Assembly: GCF_902713615.1 (NCBI RefSeq)
Contig: NC_052172.1
Span: forward strand, 6,615,337 to 6,679,336
Origin: Scyliorhinus canicula
Lineage: Eukaryota
Reading direction: 5' to 3'
Length of the DNA stretch: 64,000 nucleotides
Shown: positions 22,098-34,189 of the stretch, piece after piece
How positions within the stretch are numbered: position 1 is the stretch's first letter
Layout: every line of letters begins with the position of its first letter
Notes under the pieces: model-generated
What the model was told of the DNA's origin: nothing
The model's input: only the letters and a program-made list of their open reading frames with translations
The model's database searches: none
Made by a program: the position numbers and the translations under genes

Positions 22098-24298
22098 ATT
22101 TTTTTTTATAAATGTTTTTTATTCAGTTTTCATGTTTTATATTGAACAAATTACAAATTGTTAGAGAGAGAAAAAAAAACACGCAAAAATTAACATATAT
22201 ATTTACAGGTGAGCATCTTCGTAGTAATAACTGTGGCCTCCCCCTCTTCGCCGGCATACATATTTTACATTCCCCAACATGTTTATTCGCATTTATTTAG
22301 TTTGGTTTTGGGCCTTAGCTAGCCATCAAACCCCCGTAACGAGCCAGTAGCCCCCCCCCCTCCCCGCCGGCTACCTTCCCCCGACTATTCTTCCTCTTGT
22401 ACGTTGGCCACAAACAGGTCGCGGAACAATTGCATGAATGGCTCCCACGTTCTGTGGAAGCCGTCATCCGACCCTCGGATGGCGAATTTGATTTTCTCCA
22501 TTTGGAGAGAATCCGAGAGGTCGGACAGCCAGTCTGCAGCTCTGGGCGGTGCTGTTGACCGCCAGCCAAACAGGATTCTACGGCGGGCGATCAGGGAGGC
22601 AAAGGCAAGGGCGTCCGCCCTCCTCCCCAGGAATAGATCTGGCTGGTCTGAAACCCCGAAGACCGCCACTATCGGGCATGGCTCCACTCTCACCCCCACC
22701 ACTTTGGACATAGCCTCGAAGAAGGCTGTCCAGTACTCCACAAGTCTGGGGCAAGACCAGAACATGTGGGCGTGGTTGGCCGGGCCTCTTTGGCACCGCT
22801 CACATCTGTCCTCCACCTCCGGGAAGAACATACTCATACGGTTTCTCGTTAAGTGGGCTCTATGTTCAACTTTTAGTTGCGTCAGGCTGAGCCTTGCGCA
22901 CGTGTAGGTGGAGTTGACCCTATGCAGTGCTTCGCTCCAGAGTCCCCACCCTATCTCCATCCCCAGGTCGTCCTCCCATTTCCTTCTTGTTGCGTCCAGT
23001 ACGGTGTCGTCCCTATCTACCAGTCGGTCATATATGTCACTACAGTTCCCTTTCTCTAGGATACTTGCGTCCAGTAGGTCTTCCAGTAGTGTCTGTCGTG
23101 GCGGTTGTGGGTACGTCCTTGTCTCCTTTCGTAGGAAGTTTTTGAGCTGCAGGTACCGTAGCTCGTTCCCCCCAGCTAGCTGAAATTTCTCTGTCAGTTC
23201 GTCCAGTGTTGCGATCCTGTCGTCCGTGTATAGGTCCCTGACTGTCAGTGTCCCCCCGCCCTGTCTCCACCTTTTGAAGGTGGCGTCAGTCAGTGCTGGT
23301 TTGAACCTATGGTTGTTGCAGATGGGAGCCTTGTCCGACATTTTGTTCAGGCCAAATTGCTGCCGCAGTTGGTTCCAGGATTGGAGGGTGGCTGTCACCA
23401 CTGGGCTGCTGGAGTGTTTTTTGGGTGGGGATGGGAGTGCTGCCGTGGCGAGGGCCCGGAGGGAGGTCCCCATACAAGAGGCCTCCTCCGCACGCACCCA
23501 CTTGGCGTCTGGCTCCTGGATCCATCCCCTTACTCGCTCGGCTGTTGCCGCCCAGTGGTAGAATTGTAGATTCGGGAGGGCTAGCCCCCCCCTGGATTTT
23601 GTTTTCTGTAGGACCTTCTTTGGGATCCTAGCATTTTTACCCCCCATACGAACGCCATGATAAGTTTGTCCAGCGCTATGAAGAAGGCCTTGGGGATGTA
23701 GATCGGAATGGATCTAAACAGGAAGAGGAACCTGGGCAATACGTTCATTTTGATCATCTGGACACTTCCTGCGAGGGAGAGTGGGAGTGTGTTCCATCTT
23801 TGCAGGTCCTTTTTTACTTCCTCCGCCAGGCTGGTGAGGTTCCATTTGTGGATCCCTTTCCAGTCATGGGCTATTTGGATCCCCAGGTAGCGGAATTTAT
23901 GTCGGGCTTGTTTGAACGGCAGCCCCTTTAGTGCTGCCCCCCCCCCCCTTGCTGGTGTACTGGGAAGATCTCGCTTTTGATCATGTTGAGTTTGTAGCCC
24001 GAGAAGGCTCCAAACTCTTTCAGGAGCGCGATGATTCCGTCCATGCTGCTTTGTGGGTCCGAGATGTAGAGGAGCAGATCGTCTGCATAGAGTGAGACTC
24101 TGTGCTCTCTGCCTCCCCTTCGGATCCCCCTCCAATTTTTTGCTGCCCTGAGCGCAATTGCTAGCGGTTCGATTGCTAGTGCGAACAGCAGTGGGGACAG
24201 TGGGCATCCTTGTCTGGTGCCCCTGTGCAGCTGGAAGTATTGGGAGTTGGTATTGTTGGTCCGTACACTCGCCATGGGGGCGTTGTATAGGAGTTTTA
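22098..24298 (-). mobile_element. Young 5'-truncated L1-clade LINE (ORF2 RT to C-terminal Cys-rich region, 3' UTR, poly-A)
   Basis: RGTRQGCPLSPLLFALAIEPLA...SLYADDLLLY; CERCQRGPANHAHMFWSC; AATAAA plus poly-A at ~22098-22125; perfect 14-bp TSD CTTTAATGTATACC at 22084-22097 and 24299-24312. Confidence 0.93.
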
Positions 24299-24829
24299 CT
24301 TTAATGTATACCTAAGGAAAACCTCTCAAGGGCAGTGTCTGAAAGATGTGGAACAATTGGATGTTGTAAGATGAAAATTGAGAATGGGAATATGCAAACC
24401 TCATTAACAGGCTCGGTAACATTGTGTCGATGGGCCACAGACACCGTGGACTGAACTTGACCCTGAAATTGTGAGAAAAAATCAATTGTAAAATGTGGAA
24501 TATCTAATGTGCTTGGCTGTAACGGGGATGAGTACTTGTGGAATGACGGTGGCAAAGTTAACAGTACTCCTAATGATGAAGAAGTGGAAGGTCCAAATGT
24601 TATTATTCTATCAGGTCATTGTGATAAATTGTTTAGCGTTTCAAAGAGTGATCAGAGTGATTCAGAAGGAATTTACTGTGACATGTCATAGTCAATACAT
24701 TATGACTTACATTTACATTGTGTTGGATCAATTTATATGTACGTATTTAATGCTATAAGGTTAATAAATATTGGAGAATTAGAATGAATTCTTTAATATT
24801 GTTGGTTTGCATTTTATTCAATTATGAGT

Positions 24830-25325
24830 GCAGATGACTGCACAATGTTCATCACCATTCGCAACTCCTCAGATAATGAAGCAGTCCGTGTCCAAATGCA
24901 GCAAGACATGGACAATATCCAGGCTTGGGCTGACAAATGGCAACTTACATTCGCACCACACAAGTGCCAGGCAATGACCATCTCCGACAGGAGAGGACCT
25001 AACGACCGCCCCTTGACATTCAATGGCATTACCATCACTGAGTCCCCCACAGTCAACATCCTGGGAGTTACCATTGCTCAGAAACTGAACTGGACTGGCC
25101 ATATTAATACTGTGGCTACCAGTACAGGTAAGGGCTATAAATCCTATGATGAGTAACTCAGCTCCTGACCCCCAAAAGCCTGTCCACCACCTACAAGGCA
25201 CAAGTCACGAGTGTAATGGAATACTCTCCACTTGCCTGGATGAGTGCAGCTCCAACAACACTCAAGAAGCTCGACACCATCCAGGACAAAGCAGCCAGCT
25301 TGATTGCACCCAGTTCCACAAACAG
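24830..25325 (+). mobile_element. L2/CR1-group LINE RT C-terminal fragment
   Basis: ADDCTMF...QQDMDNIQAWADKWQLTFAPHKCQAMTIS...MEYSPLAWMSAAPTTLKKLDTIQDKA. Confidence 0.75.
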
Positions 25326-25329
25326 GGGT

Positions 25330-26290
25330 CATAAGAGGCTGCGTGTGCTGGCGCCATCCCCGTGCATGTGCAGAGGGATTTGCTTCTGCACCGGGAATGA
25401 CGCAGGACCACCGATTGCGGGCCAGGCCACCATGGGGGCACCTCCCGGGGCCAGAGCCCCCGCGCCCTCCCCCCCCCAAGAGCCCGGGAGCCCGCCCGCG
25501 GTGATTCTCCGGCCCGCGATGGGCCGAAGTCCCGCCGCTGAGAGGCCAATCCTGCCGCCGTAGTTTCAACCACCTCTGGTGCCGGTGGGAGCAGGTGGAG
25601 CGATCGGACCCCTGGGTCCTGGGGGGGGGCGCGGGGCAATCGGATCCCGGGGGTGCCCCCACAGTAGCCTGGTCCGCGATCGGGGCCCACCGATCGGCGG
25701 GTGGGCCAGTGCCGTGGGGGCACTTTTTCTTCCGCTACCGCCAGGGCCTCCACCATGGCGGAGTCGGAAGAGAATCCCCCAGCACGCATGCGCCGGTGGT
25801 GAAGCTGACGCACCGGCGCATGCGCGAACCGACGAAGGTCTTTTGCCCATCCCCGACGCCAGGCGTCGGGCATCAAAGGCCGTTGTTGCCGGTTTGGGCG
25901 CCAGTCGGCGTGGTGCCAACCGCTCCGGCGCAGGCCTAGCCCCTCAATGTGAGGGCTTGGCCTCTAAAGGTTCGGAGAATTCCGCACCTTTGAGGAGGCC
26001 TGACGCCAGAGTGGTTGGCGCCACTCTGCTACGGGACCCCCCCCCCCCCACCCCCGCCCGCCCCACCGGGTAGGGGAGAATCGTGGCCCTGAGAACTTGT
26101 GGAGCCCCTGGGTCCATTGAGTCACGCCGGTCCCCACCATTCTCCGAGGCCAACTCACGCCGGTGCAATTCTTTTGGGGATGGGTGCGGGAGAATTTGGA
26201 GAACGGCGGGGGCGGGAGTCACACCGACCCCCGCCAATTCTCCGACCCGGCGGGGGGGTGGGGGGGGGGTCGGAGAATCCCGCCCCTGTT
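25330..26290. mobile_element. Two or more nested or adjacent GC-rich MITE-like elements
   Basis: Very high GC; recurrent GATTCTCC/GGAGAATC motifs; ends GGAGAATCGTGGCCC (~26088) and CGGAGAATCCCGCCC (~26285); same family as 1-228. Confidence 0.5.
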
Positions 26291-26602
26291 GCCTCTTTCG
26301 GTGGTGTGTGGCGTGCTGGATGTGACACACGGGTGATCAAAGGCAGGACGCACTTGTGAGGACAATTGCCAGAAGGTGGCGTTCACACGCTCAATAAATT
26401 GTTTCTGTTCCTTGTCGAATACAAGGTGTATAAATCAGCTGCATCAGTGTCTGTGTTCTCGAGAGAGGACACACAGCTTCTTTATTCAGGCTTCCGTCAT
26501 CCCATTAACTCAAATGCTCTTTAATGCTTCTTGTAGATAGCAAGTAACCCACAGCCTGTGGCAGGCACTTTGGCTGAGAAACGCCATTCCTGAGTGAATA
26601 GT

Positions 26603-26920
26603 GGCAGCACGGTAGCACAGTGGTTAGCACGGTTGCTTCACAGCACCAGGTTCTCAGGTTTGATTTCCGCCTTGGATCACTGTCTGTGCGGAGTCTGCAC
26701 GTTCTCCCCATGTCTGCGTGGGTTGCCTCCGGGTGCTCTGGGTTCGTCCCACAAGTCCCGAAAGACGTGCTTGTTAGGTTATTAGATAATGTGGACATTC
26801 TGAAGTCGCTCTCAGTGTACCTGAACAGGCGCCGGAATGTGGCGACTCAGAGCTTTTCACAGTAACTCCATTGCAGTGTTAATGTAAGCCTACTTGTGAC
26901 AATAAAGATTATTATTATTA
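26603..26920 (+). mobile_element. V-SINE with alternative (ATT)n tail
   Basis: V-SINE head and core, then a 3' part shared with the SINE at 17950 (GAACAGGCGCCGGAATGTGGCGAC...GCCTACTTGTGACAATAA) and ATTATTATT tail. Confidence 0.8.
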
Positions 26921-27399
26921 TAACGTGGTCACTGTCCTGCATTTTATGGACTCCTGAGGCAGGAGGGTTGTGGTTCCGATGAAGGGCCAGGAAATTGTGC
27001 TGACGGACCTTCACAATGGGCGCCCAGAGTGTCCAACGTGAAGATATTGGAGAGAAGCTACATCTGGTGACTGGGGTTCTCCCCGTGTCTGCGTGGGTTT
27101 CCTCCGGGTGCTCCGGTTTCCTCCCACAGTCCAAAGATGTGCAAGTTAGGTGGATTGACCATGATCAATTGCTCCTTATTGTCCAGGGTGTGCAGGTCAA
27201 CTTATGGGGTTACAAGAATAGGGTGGGGTGAATTGGGGAGTGGACATGGGTGGAGTCATGTCCGCACTGCTCCATACAATCCGGCATCGAATGGCTTGGT
27301 AGAGAGAGCCATACAACTGAGTGCTCAAGAAACGGTCTTCGGGCTTGATGGGCACCGGGGTGGCATGTTGTTCTCAGGTTATTTCCATTATACATGGGC

Positions 27400-28835
27400 A
27401 TGAGGCAGGGTGCCCCTGTCTCCGTTATTGTTTGTTTTAGCGACGGAGCCATTGACCACTGTGCTTAGATTGTCAGGAGAGTGGCGAGATATTGAGAGGG
27501 GGGATTAAGAGCATAAAGTTCCCCTTTATGTGGACGATTTATTGTTGGACGTCTCTGATCCTCTCACAGGTATGGGAGAAATTATGAAACTTGAAAAAGT
27601 TAAGACCCTTCTCAGGGCACAGATTGAATATGAGCGAGGACAAAATCTTCCCGATGAATTCCCTGGGGAAGAGGACAGATCTGGAGAGGCTGCCTTTTAA
27701 ACTGGACAAGACAAAGTTTAAATAATTAGGAAATCAGGTGGCGCATTACTGGGCTCTGTTTCCTAAACTTTTGGCTGGTCGAGAGGAGGAGGTGAAGGGG
27801 CACCTGAGGAGGTGGGGTGCCTTGCCGCTATCACTGTGGGTAGAGACAGACGTTCAAAATGAATGTTCTGCCAAGATTTTTATTTGTGTTCCAGTCTCTT
27901 ACCATCTTCCTCCCTAAATCTTTTTTCACGAGGGCTGACAGGTTCATCTCTGCCTTTGTCTGGGTGGAAAAGACTCCCAGGACAAGAAGAGATTTCCTTT
28001 TCTTTACTTTTATCAATTTTAGAGTCCCCAATTCATTTGACCAACTAAGGGGCAATTTAGCGTGGCCAATCGACTTGCCCTGCACATCTTTGTGTTGTGG
28101 AGGCGAAACCCACGCAAACACGGGCAGAATGTGCAAACTCCACACAGACAGTGACCTGGGGTCGGGATTGAACCTGGGACTTCAGCGCCTCGAGGCAGTA
28201 GTGCTAACCACTGTGCCACCGTGCGGCCGAGAAGAGCTTGCCTGTAGAGAGGACGACAATCGGGTGGGTTGGCGCTGCCTAACCCAATTCTTTATTACTG
28301 GGCGGCGAACATTGGGAAAGTGAGAGGATGGTTCGAGGAGCTGGACCAGGGTAGAAGGGGCCTCGTGTGTAGGGTCATGTTTAAGGGCGTTTGTTACAGG
28401 CCCCTCTTCCACTCTCCCGGGCCAGACCTGTGATCAGCCGGTCGTAGTGGCATCTTTAAAAGTCTGGAACCAATTTAGGCAACATTTTGAACTGGGGGAC
28501 AAATCATTACTGTCACCAATCTGTGATAATCATAGGATTCCACCGTCAGGGAAGGAGGCAATGTATAGGATCTGGAGAGAGAAGTGGCTGAGATGTTGAA
28601 GGATTTGTCCGTGGAAGGTGGGTTTGCGATTCTAGAGGAGATGGAAAAGACATTTCACATCCCGAGGGTGAGTGCATTTCGGTATTTGCAGCCGAGGAAC
28701 TTTATCCGTGAAGAGCTGTCTTCATTCCCCCAATTGCCGAGACCCACACTGATAGATGGGATGCCATCATGGGATGAGATGGGGCAAGGGAAGATCTCCG
28801 ATATATATCAGTGTTTGCTGGTGACAAGGAAGTGA
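27400..28835 (+). mobile_element. Degenerate L1-clade ORF2 fragment, interrupted by a V-SINE at ~28010-28225 (minus)
   Basis: RQGAPVS (RQGCPLSP-like), YVDDLL, MNVLPRFLFVFQSL..FLPKSFF; V-SINE core on the minus strand inside it. Confidence 0.7.
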
Positions 28836-29639
28836 AGGGGAAATCATAACCTGTCTGCTCTGATCTGAAATGGCTTCTGGAAGTCCATAAATAACATTCT
28901 TTCAACATTTCCCTGCTCACTACCTTACTCATCTCTTCAAAATATTCCTGTGGTGAATCCATGCTGTCTCTTCCTGATTAACTGAACGCTTTCGACGTAT
29001 TCAGTTATCCAATCCCTGATTATAGAGTCCAACAATTTCCCCACCATAGATGTGAGACTAACCGCGCTGGGATTCCCTGCTTTCCTCCTTTCATCCTTCT
29101 TAAAAAGTGGAATGCCATGAGCAATTTTACAACCCAGAGCGAGGACTCCTGAATCTAGGGACCTCTGGAACATTACAGTTAGGGCATCTCAATGTGTTCC
29201 TCTACTTCCTTTAACACTCTCGGAAATAACCTGGTCCTGGGGATTTGTCACTCTTTAGTTCCATTAATTATCTCATTAATAATGTTTTATCGATTAATTG
29301 TATTTACTCTTTATCCCCCATCCTCAGCTGATGTCCCCCTGATTTCCGTTTCTCCTGCAAGTTATCCTCCTTTCCTACTGCAAATGCTGAGGCAAACTAA
29401 TTATTCAACATGTCTGCCATGTTCTAATACTCACTGACAATATCCGCACTTTCAGTCTTTCATTGACCAATATTGCTCCGAACCACCCACGTTCCCGTTC
29501 AGTAATAAAGACATGTTTGAGTCAAATATCAGCTTTTCCCAACAAATTGGCCCCCTTTTTCGCTGAATGTGTTCAATAAATTAGTGCCAGATGGGTTCCT
29601 GTTATATTTTGACAGCTTTCATTTTTATTCTTTCCTCAG

Positions 29640-30395
29640 GATGGTCAAATGGGCAGAAACGTGGCTGATAGAATATAACCCTGAAAATTGTGAGGCGATA
29701 CACTTTGGATGGAGCAATTTGAAGAGAAAATATACAATGAAAGGCCTGACACGAATAGGTGATGAAAAATGTTTATGGGTCACTCGTCTTTATCAATCGA
29801 TGTATGGATAACAGAAGCATGGACGTCATGTTGGAGTTGAATGGAACGTTGGTGAAGCCAACTGTGTGCAATTCTGGACGCCAGATAACAGGAAGTATGT
29901 AATCGCACTGGAGTGAGTGAAGAGGAGATTCACAAGGATGTTGCCTGGGATAGAATATTTAAGTTATGAAGAGAGGTTGGATAGGCTTGGGTTATTTTCT
30001 CTGAAGAAAAGATGGTTGAGGGGTGACCTGATCGAGGTGTACAGGATTATGATGGATATAGACAGGGTGGAGCTATTCCCTTAGTTGAAGGGTCACTTCT
30101 GAGGTGACACAGGTTCAGGGTGAGGGGCAGAATGTTTATGCTGGATTTATGGGAAACGTTTTTTACAAAGAGGGTGGCGGCGGTCTGGAATGCACTGCCT
30201 GGGAGGTTGGTAGGGGTCGGTTGCCTCACATCCGTTAATAAGTACCTGGATGAGTACTTGGCACGTCATAATATTCAAGGCTATGGGCCAACTAATGGCC
30301 AATTGGATTAGGTGAGCAGGACAGGTGATTTCATGTGTAGGTGCAGACTGGATGGGCCGAAGGACTTGTGAGCTGCATTAATCTGTGATTCTGTG
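29640..30395 (+). mobile_element. Old CR1 3' fragment, part of the duplicated V unit (paralogs ~34500-35095 and ~42960-43385)
   Basis: MVKWAETWLIEYNPENCEAIHFG; RRFTRMLPG; CR1 3' UTR; homologous text at the paralogous positions. Confidence 0.8.
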
Positions 30396-30424
30396 ATTCC
30401 CTGGCAAGACACATTTATCCAATT

Positions 30425-30438
30425 CTGCCCCCTGGTGG
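30425..30438 (-). promoter_or_regulatory. CTCF-binding motif 21 bp 3' of the V RSS nonamer
   Basis: Minus strand CCACCAGGGGGCAG, a 14/14 match to the CCASYAGRKGGCRS core. Confidence 0.7.
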
Positions 30439-30459
30439 CGGGAGTGAGCCCTGGGTGCA

Positions 30460-30498
30460 GGTTTTTGTCGCTGTGGGTCCGCTTTCTCAAACGCTGTG
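30460..30498 (-). other. 23-RSS of TRBV copy 1
   Basis: CACAGCG + 23 nt (TTTGAGAAAGCGGACCCACAGCG) + ACAAAAACC. Confidence 0.92.
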
Positions 30499-31200
30499 AT
30501 ACTACAAGCGCAGAAGTAGACAGCGGTGTGAGATACCGCGGCGTGTCTCAGTTTGAGACTAAACAGCGTGTTGCTAGTCCTGACTGCATCGAACGGCTCG
30601 GAGGTGTAGTTATTGAGGTTCCCTTCTCCAGCAGAATAGAAAAGAGCTTCCAATGCCCGATTTGGGTGTTGTCTGTACCAGAACATTTGGAGATAGTTAG
30701 TATTCTTCAGCGTGCAGCTGATAATGGCTGATTTTCCTGCTGCGATCGAGAGCACAGATGGTGACTGTTCCACAAAAGAGGCGAATATTCCTGCCGAATA
30801 AAACATCCGTTAGAATCTCAGGTTAGGCAGAGATAAACATATAAAACCGATTTATAAAGCATTTTTCGCGGTCCTGAAAGTCCCAAATCCTTTTATGAAC
30901 AAGAAAGAATTCGTTATAATCTGGTCATTGTTGTGATGGCGTCACTGACTTCAGCCCAGACGGCACCTCTGAAAATACCGAACTCCCGCCGCACTGACCT
31001 CGAGAGAATCACCGTGTCCTCAATCTCAGGGGTAAGAGTGGCATCTGCACCTTCTGATTCCGAGGACAAATTCCTCCGAGTAAGGCGATAACTGACATTA
31101 TAATGCAGAGCTCCACAAAGACCCCTCCAAAGGTTCGTAACTTTGACTTACGTGGAATTAGTGACACCATCAATGTTAGATAATGAACTTCACACAACGT
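30499..31200 (-). pseudogene. TRBV: TCR beta V segment, copy 1: open V exon (30499-30790), but the leader (31152-31200) starts with ACG instead of ATG
   Basis: V exon: FVEQSPS...SCTLKNTNYLQMFWYRQ...SHTAVYFCACS. Leader ACG TTG TGT GAA...CCA C|GTAAGT versus ATG in the paralogs at 35932 and 43802. Confidence 0.8.
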
Positions 31201-31321
31201 GTTGTCAGCTTGAATTGATTCTGCTTCGCTGTGTAAACTAATGGAGCTCAGGACCAGGTTCAGAGGCCGCCCCTCTCCTCTGGCTGATTAAATATGAAGC
31301 ATTCGGTTGAGGTTAACACGC

Positions 31322-31329
31322 TGACGTCA
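31322..31329. promoter_or_regulatory. CRE (TGACGTCA) in the V promoter; paralogs at 36043-36050 (TGACGTCG), 43922-43929 (TGACGTCA) and 51867-51874
   Basis: Palindromic CRE ~120 bp upstream of the leader, conserved in the paralogs; a CRE-like decamer is the established TRBV promoter element. Confidence 0.65.
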
Positions 31330-31520
31330 ACTTCCTGAATAACCAACACCCACCCAGTCCTCGAGCGGGTAAGCAGCGCCACGTATTGGCAGAGCACAGC
31401 ATGACAAGTAGGGATGTAATAGAGGTGTTCACAATGACAACTGGGTTTGCTTCGGTTGATCAGGAAACAGTAATTCCATTGGAGGGAGGTCGTGAACCAC
31501 AGGCTAGGGAACACAGCTGT

Positions 31521-32485
31521 TCTCTTTATATATTAACGATCTAGATGACGGGACTGGGGGCATTCTGGCCAAGTTTGCCGATGATACAAAGATAGGTGGA
31601 GGGGCAGGTAGTATTGAGGAGGTGGGGAGGCTGCAGAAAGATTTAGACAGTTTAGGAGAATGGTCCAAGAAGTGGCTGATGAAATTCAACGTGGGCAAGT
31701 GCGAGGTCTTGCACTTTGGAAAAAAAAATAGAGGCATGGACTATTTTCTAAACGGTGACAAAATTCATAATGCTAAAGTGCAAAGGGACTTGGGAGTCCT
31801 AGTCCAGGATTCTCTAAAGGTAAACTTGCAGGTTGAGTCCGTAATTAAGAAAGCAAATGTAATGTTGTCATTTATCTCAAGAGGCTTGGAATATAAAAGC
31901 AGGGATGTACTTCTGAGGCTTTATAAAGCACTAGTTAGGCCCCATTTAGAATACTGTGAGCAATTTTGGGCCCCATACCTCAGGAAGGACATACTGGCAC
32001 TGGAGCGGGTCCAGCGGAGATTCACACGGATGATCCCAGGAATGGTAGGCCTAACATACGATGAACGTCTGAGGATCGTGGGATTATATTCATTGGAGTT
32101 TAGGAGGTTGAGGGGAGATCTAATAGAAACGTACAAGATAATGAATGGCTTGGATAGGATGGACGTAGGGAAGTTGTTTCCATTAGCAGGGGAGACTAGG
32201 ACGCGGGGGCACAGCCTTAGAATAAAAGGGAGTCACTTTAGAACAGAGATGAGGAGAAATTTCTTCAGCCAGAGAGTGGTAGGTCTGTGGAATTCATTGC
32301 CACAGAGGGCGGTGGAGGCCGGGACATTGAGTGTCTTTAAGACAGAAATTGATAAATTCTTGATTTCTCGAGGGAGAGCGCGGGTAAATGGAGTTGAAAT
32401 CAACCATGATTGAATGGTGGAGTGGACTCGATGGGCCGAATGGCCTTACTTCCACTCCTATGTCTTATGGTCTTATGGTCTTATG
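31521..32485 (+). mobile_element. Young 5'-truncated CR1 insertion specific to V unit 1
   Basis: Uninterrupted 263-aa ORF2 C-terminus (31622-32413) and (TCTTATGG)n tail; absent from the paralogous positions (~36225, ~44120). Confidence 0.9.
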
Positions 32486-33989
32486 TTTGTTGGCACAAAC
32501 AACATTGGATGACAGTGAGTTCTTGTGACCCGGAATTGACTGCCTCCTGAAGTGTGAGCAGCAGATTCAATTGTAACTTTCTACAGGGATAATTAGTTGA
32601 AGGGGAGGCTTCTGGATATGAAGTTGCAGCTATGTTCAAACAGCAAATTGGGTGTGGTGGTTTAGATGGGGTGGGTGGGTAATTAGGTAGCAGGTACAAA
32701 TCCGGGAACCATAAGTGGTTAGTGATTATCTCACTCGGCTACTTCAGATGGGTGGGGAGAATGTAAACCACGCTCATACAAAACGTATGTTTGAGAAAAA
32801 CAGCGCTGGATATTTAATAGAATTTACGGAAATGCTGAAGAAGTACATCGGAAGAAATGAGTAGGAAGATATTCAATAGAGATAGTTGAGGAGGGCTAAG
32901 ATTTCTAATTGGGAAGATTTTACAAAGAGTGCTGGCACAGAGTCAATGGGAGGAATGGGCTGTGTTTATATCAAGAGGTGCCGGTTTCTGCTCCGATAAG
33001 CTAAAAGCGAATCAATGGGTTAAATTATTTTTCGAGCACAAACCACAGATTATTACATAACAGGTCAAACTAGGCTTGAGTCTGAGAGAAGCGAGTTAAT
33101 GGTTGTCAGCAGTCTCAAACCGGCCTCAGGAGGCAGGTGTCCCTTCGATTAACAGAGGAACTCGGAGATGTTTAAAGATTCTGAGCTGAATTATTTTCTA
33201 TGTGTGTGGGACATTCCTCTTGGAGCTGAGGATGCTATGCAGAGGATATCCTCAATAGTAAAACGATGATGGATTTCAGTTTGTGTGGGAACCGCAAGAA
33301 CCGGGATTTCACTCCATCCAGCGAGGAAGATGAGGGGCATATTTGATCGAGGCGTTGAGAATCAGGAACGTCTTTGATGGTGCGAATAGGGAGCAATTAT
33401 ACCAGTGGCAGATGGTTCGTCAGCTAAAGGGGAATGTGCTGAGATAACTGGAGGAGATAATTAGAATCGGTTTCTTCTGTGTGTTTTTCTATCTGGAATA
33501 TGTCACCAGGACGGATAGTGAACGGAGACCGAATCCGGACTGACGGGAACATTCTTCAACAGGGCTACTACAGACAAGGAAGGCTGAATAATCCCCTTTC
33601 GTGCTAAATCAGTTCATGACCATATCAAAATCGGCCTCTCCGTCGTTAGTACTGTGACGTTTTGATCCGTTAGCAACGTCATCTGATTGTAAACATGTCG
33701 ACAACATCTTACAGTAACGACATTATCTACATTGATAGAATTTCGTCATTAATTAGTGCCAATTGCAACCACTTAAATTTTGACAGATGGATAATTAATG
33801 GATAGAAAGGAGATAAATACATCGGGATCTATGCAGATAGGTAGGTAGACAGACATATAATACATTTGAGGTTGATGATAGATAGAAGACAGCTGGCTTT
33901 CTCTCTGCCATTGAGAACTAGATTTCTCCTTGCAGACCCCTGCCCTCCATATCAGCAGAACACGGTGACTGGTGTGTTTGAGACCGGTG

Positions 33990-34185
33990 GGTTTATGTCC
34001 CAAATTTCAGCCCGACTGTGCTTCTGTGCATCACTGCAATCACAGAAATACCGACCTACATCTCTCTGCTCCACTGTCCCTATCTTCAGGTCGAACTTGT
34101 TGCCCGCAGGCCTTCTTGTGAATTGTGTTTTGAAAGTGCCGGTACAGTCACATGGTCTGAATCACCTTCTCCCCTACGTCAGGGA
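33990..34185 (-). pseudogene. TRBV: Relic 3' half of a V segment with a degenerate 23-RSS; 5' half replaced by CR1
   Basis: Minus translation ...RRPAGNKFDLKIGTVEQRDVGRYFCDCS, then CACAGAA + exactly 23 nt + ACATAAACC (33990-34028). Confidence 0.7.
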
Positions 34186-34189
34186 AATC

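Larger units (their letters stand above)
19905..24800 (+). mobile_element. Fossil pogo/POGK-like DNA transposon split by nested SINE, CR1 and L1 insertions
   Basis: Pieces in correct order: MWPYLEIKVAELV...YPEFNASAG*WARFMK (CENP-B HTH, ~20330-20490); YIGNMDGTP (~21575); KWVREV..KPGGL...FVWDMFKCH...NTDTAVIPG (21900-22097); KCGISNVLGCNGDEYLWND (~24490). Confidence 0.75.

Noticed and set aside
25144-26359. Cluster of 100-200-aa Pro/Gly/Arg-rich ORFs resembling a CpG-island gene
   Set aside because: They overlap in all frames inside GC-rich MITE-like repeats; no domain or splice structure.
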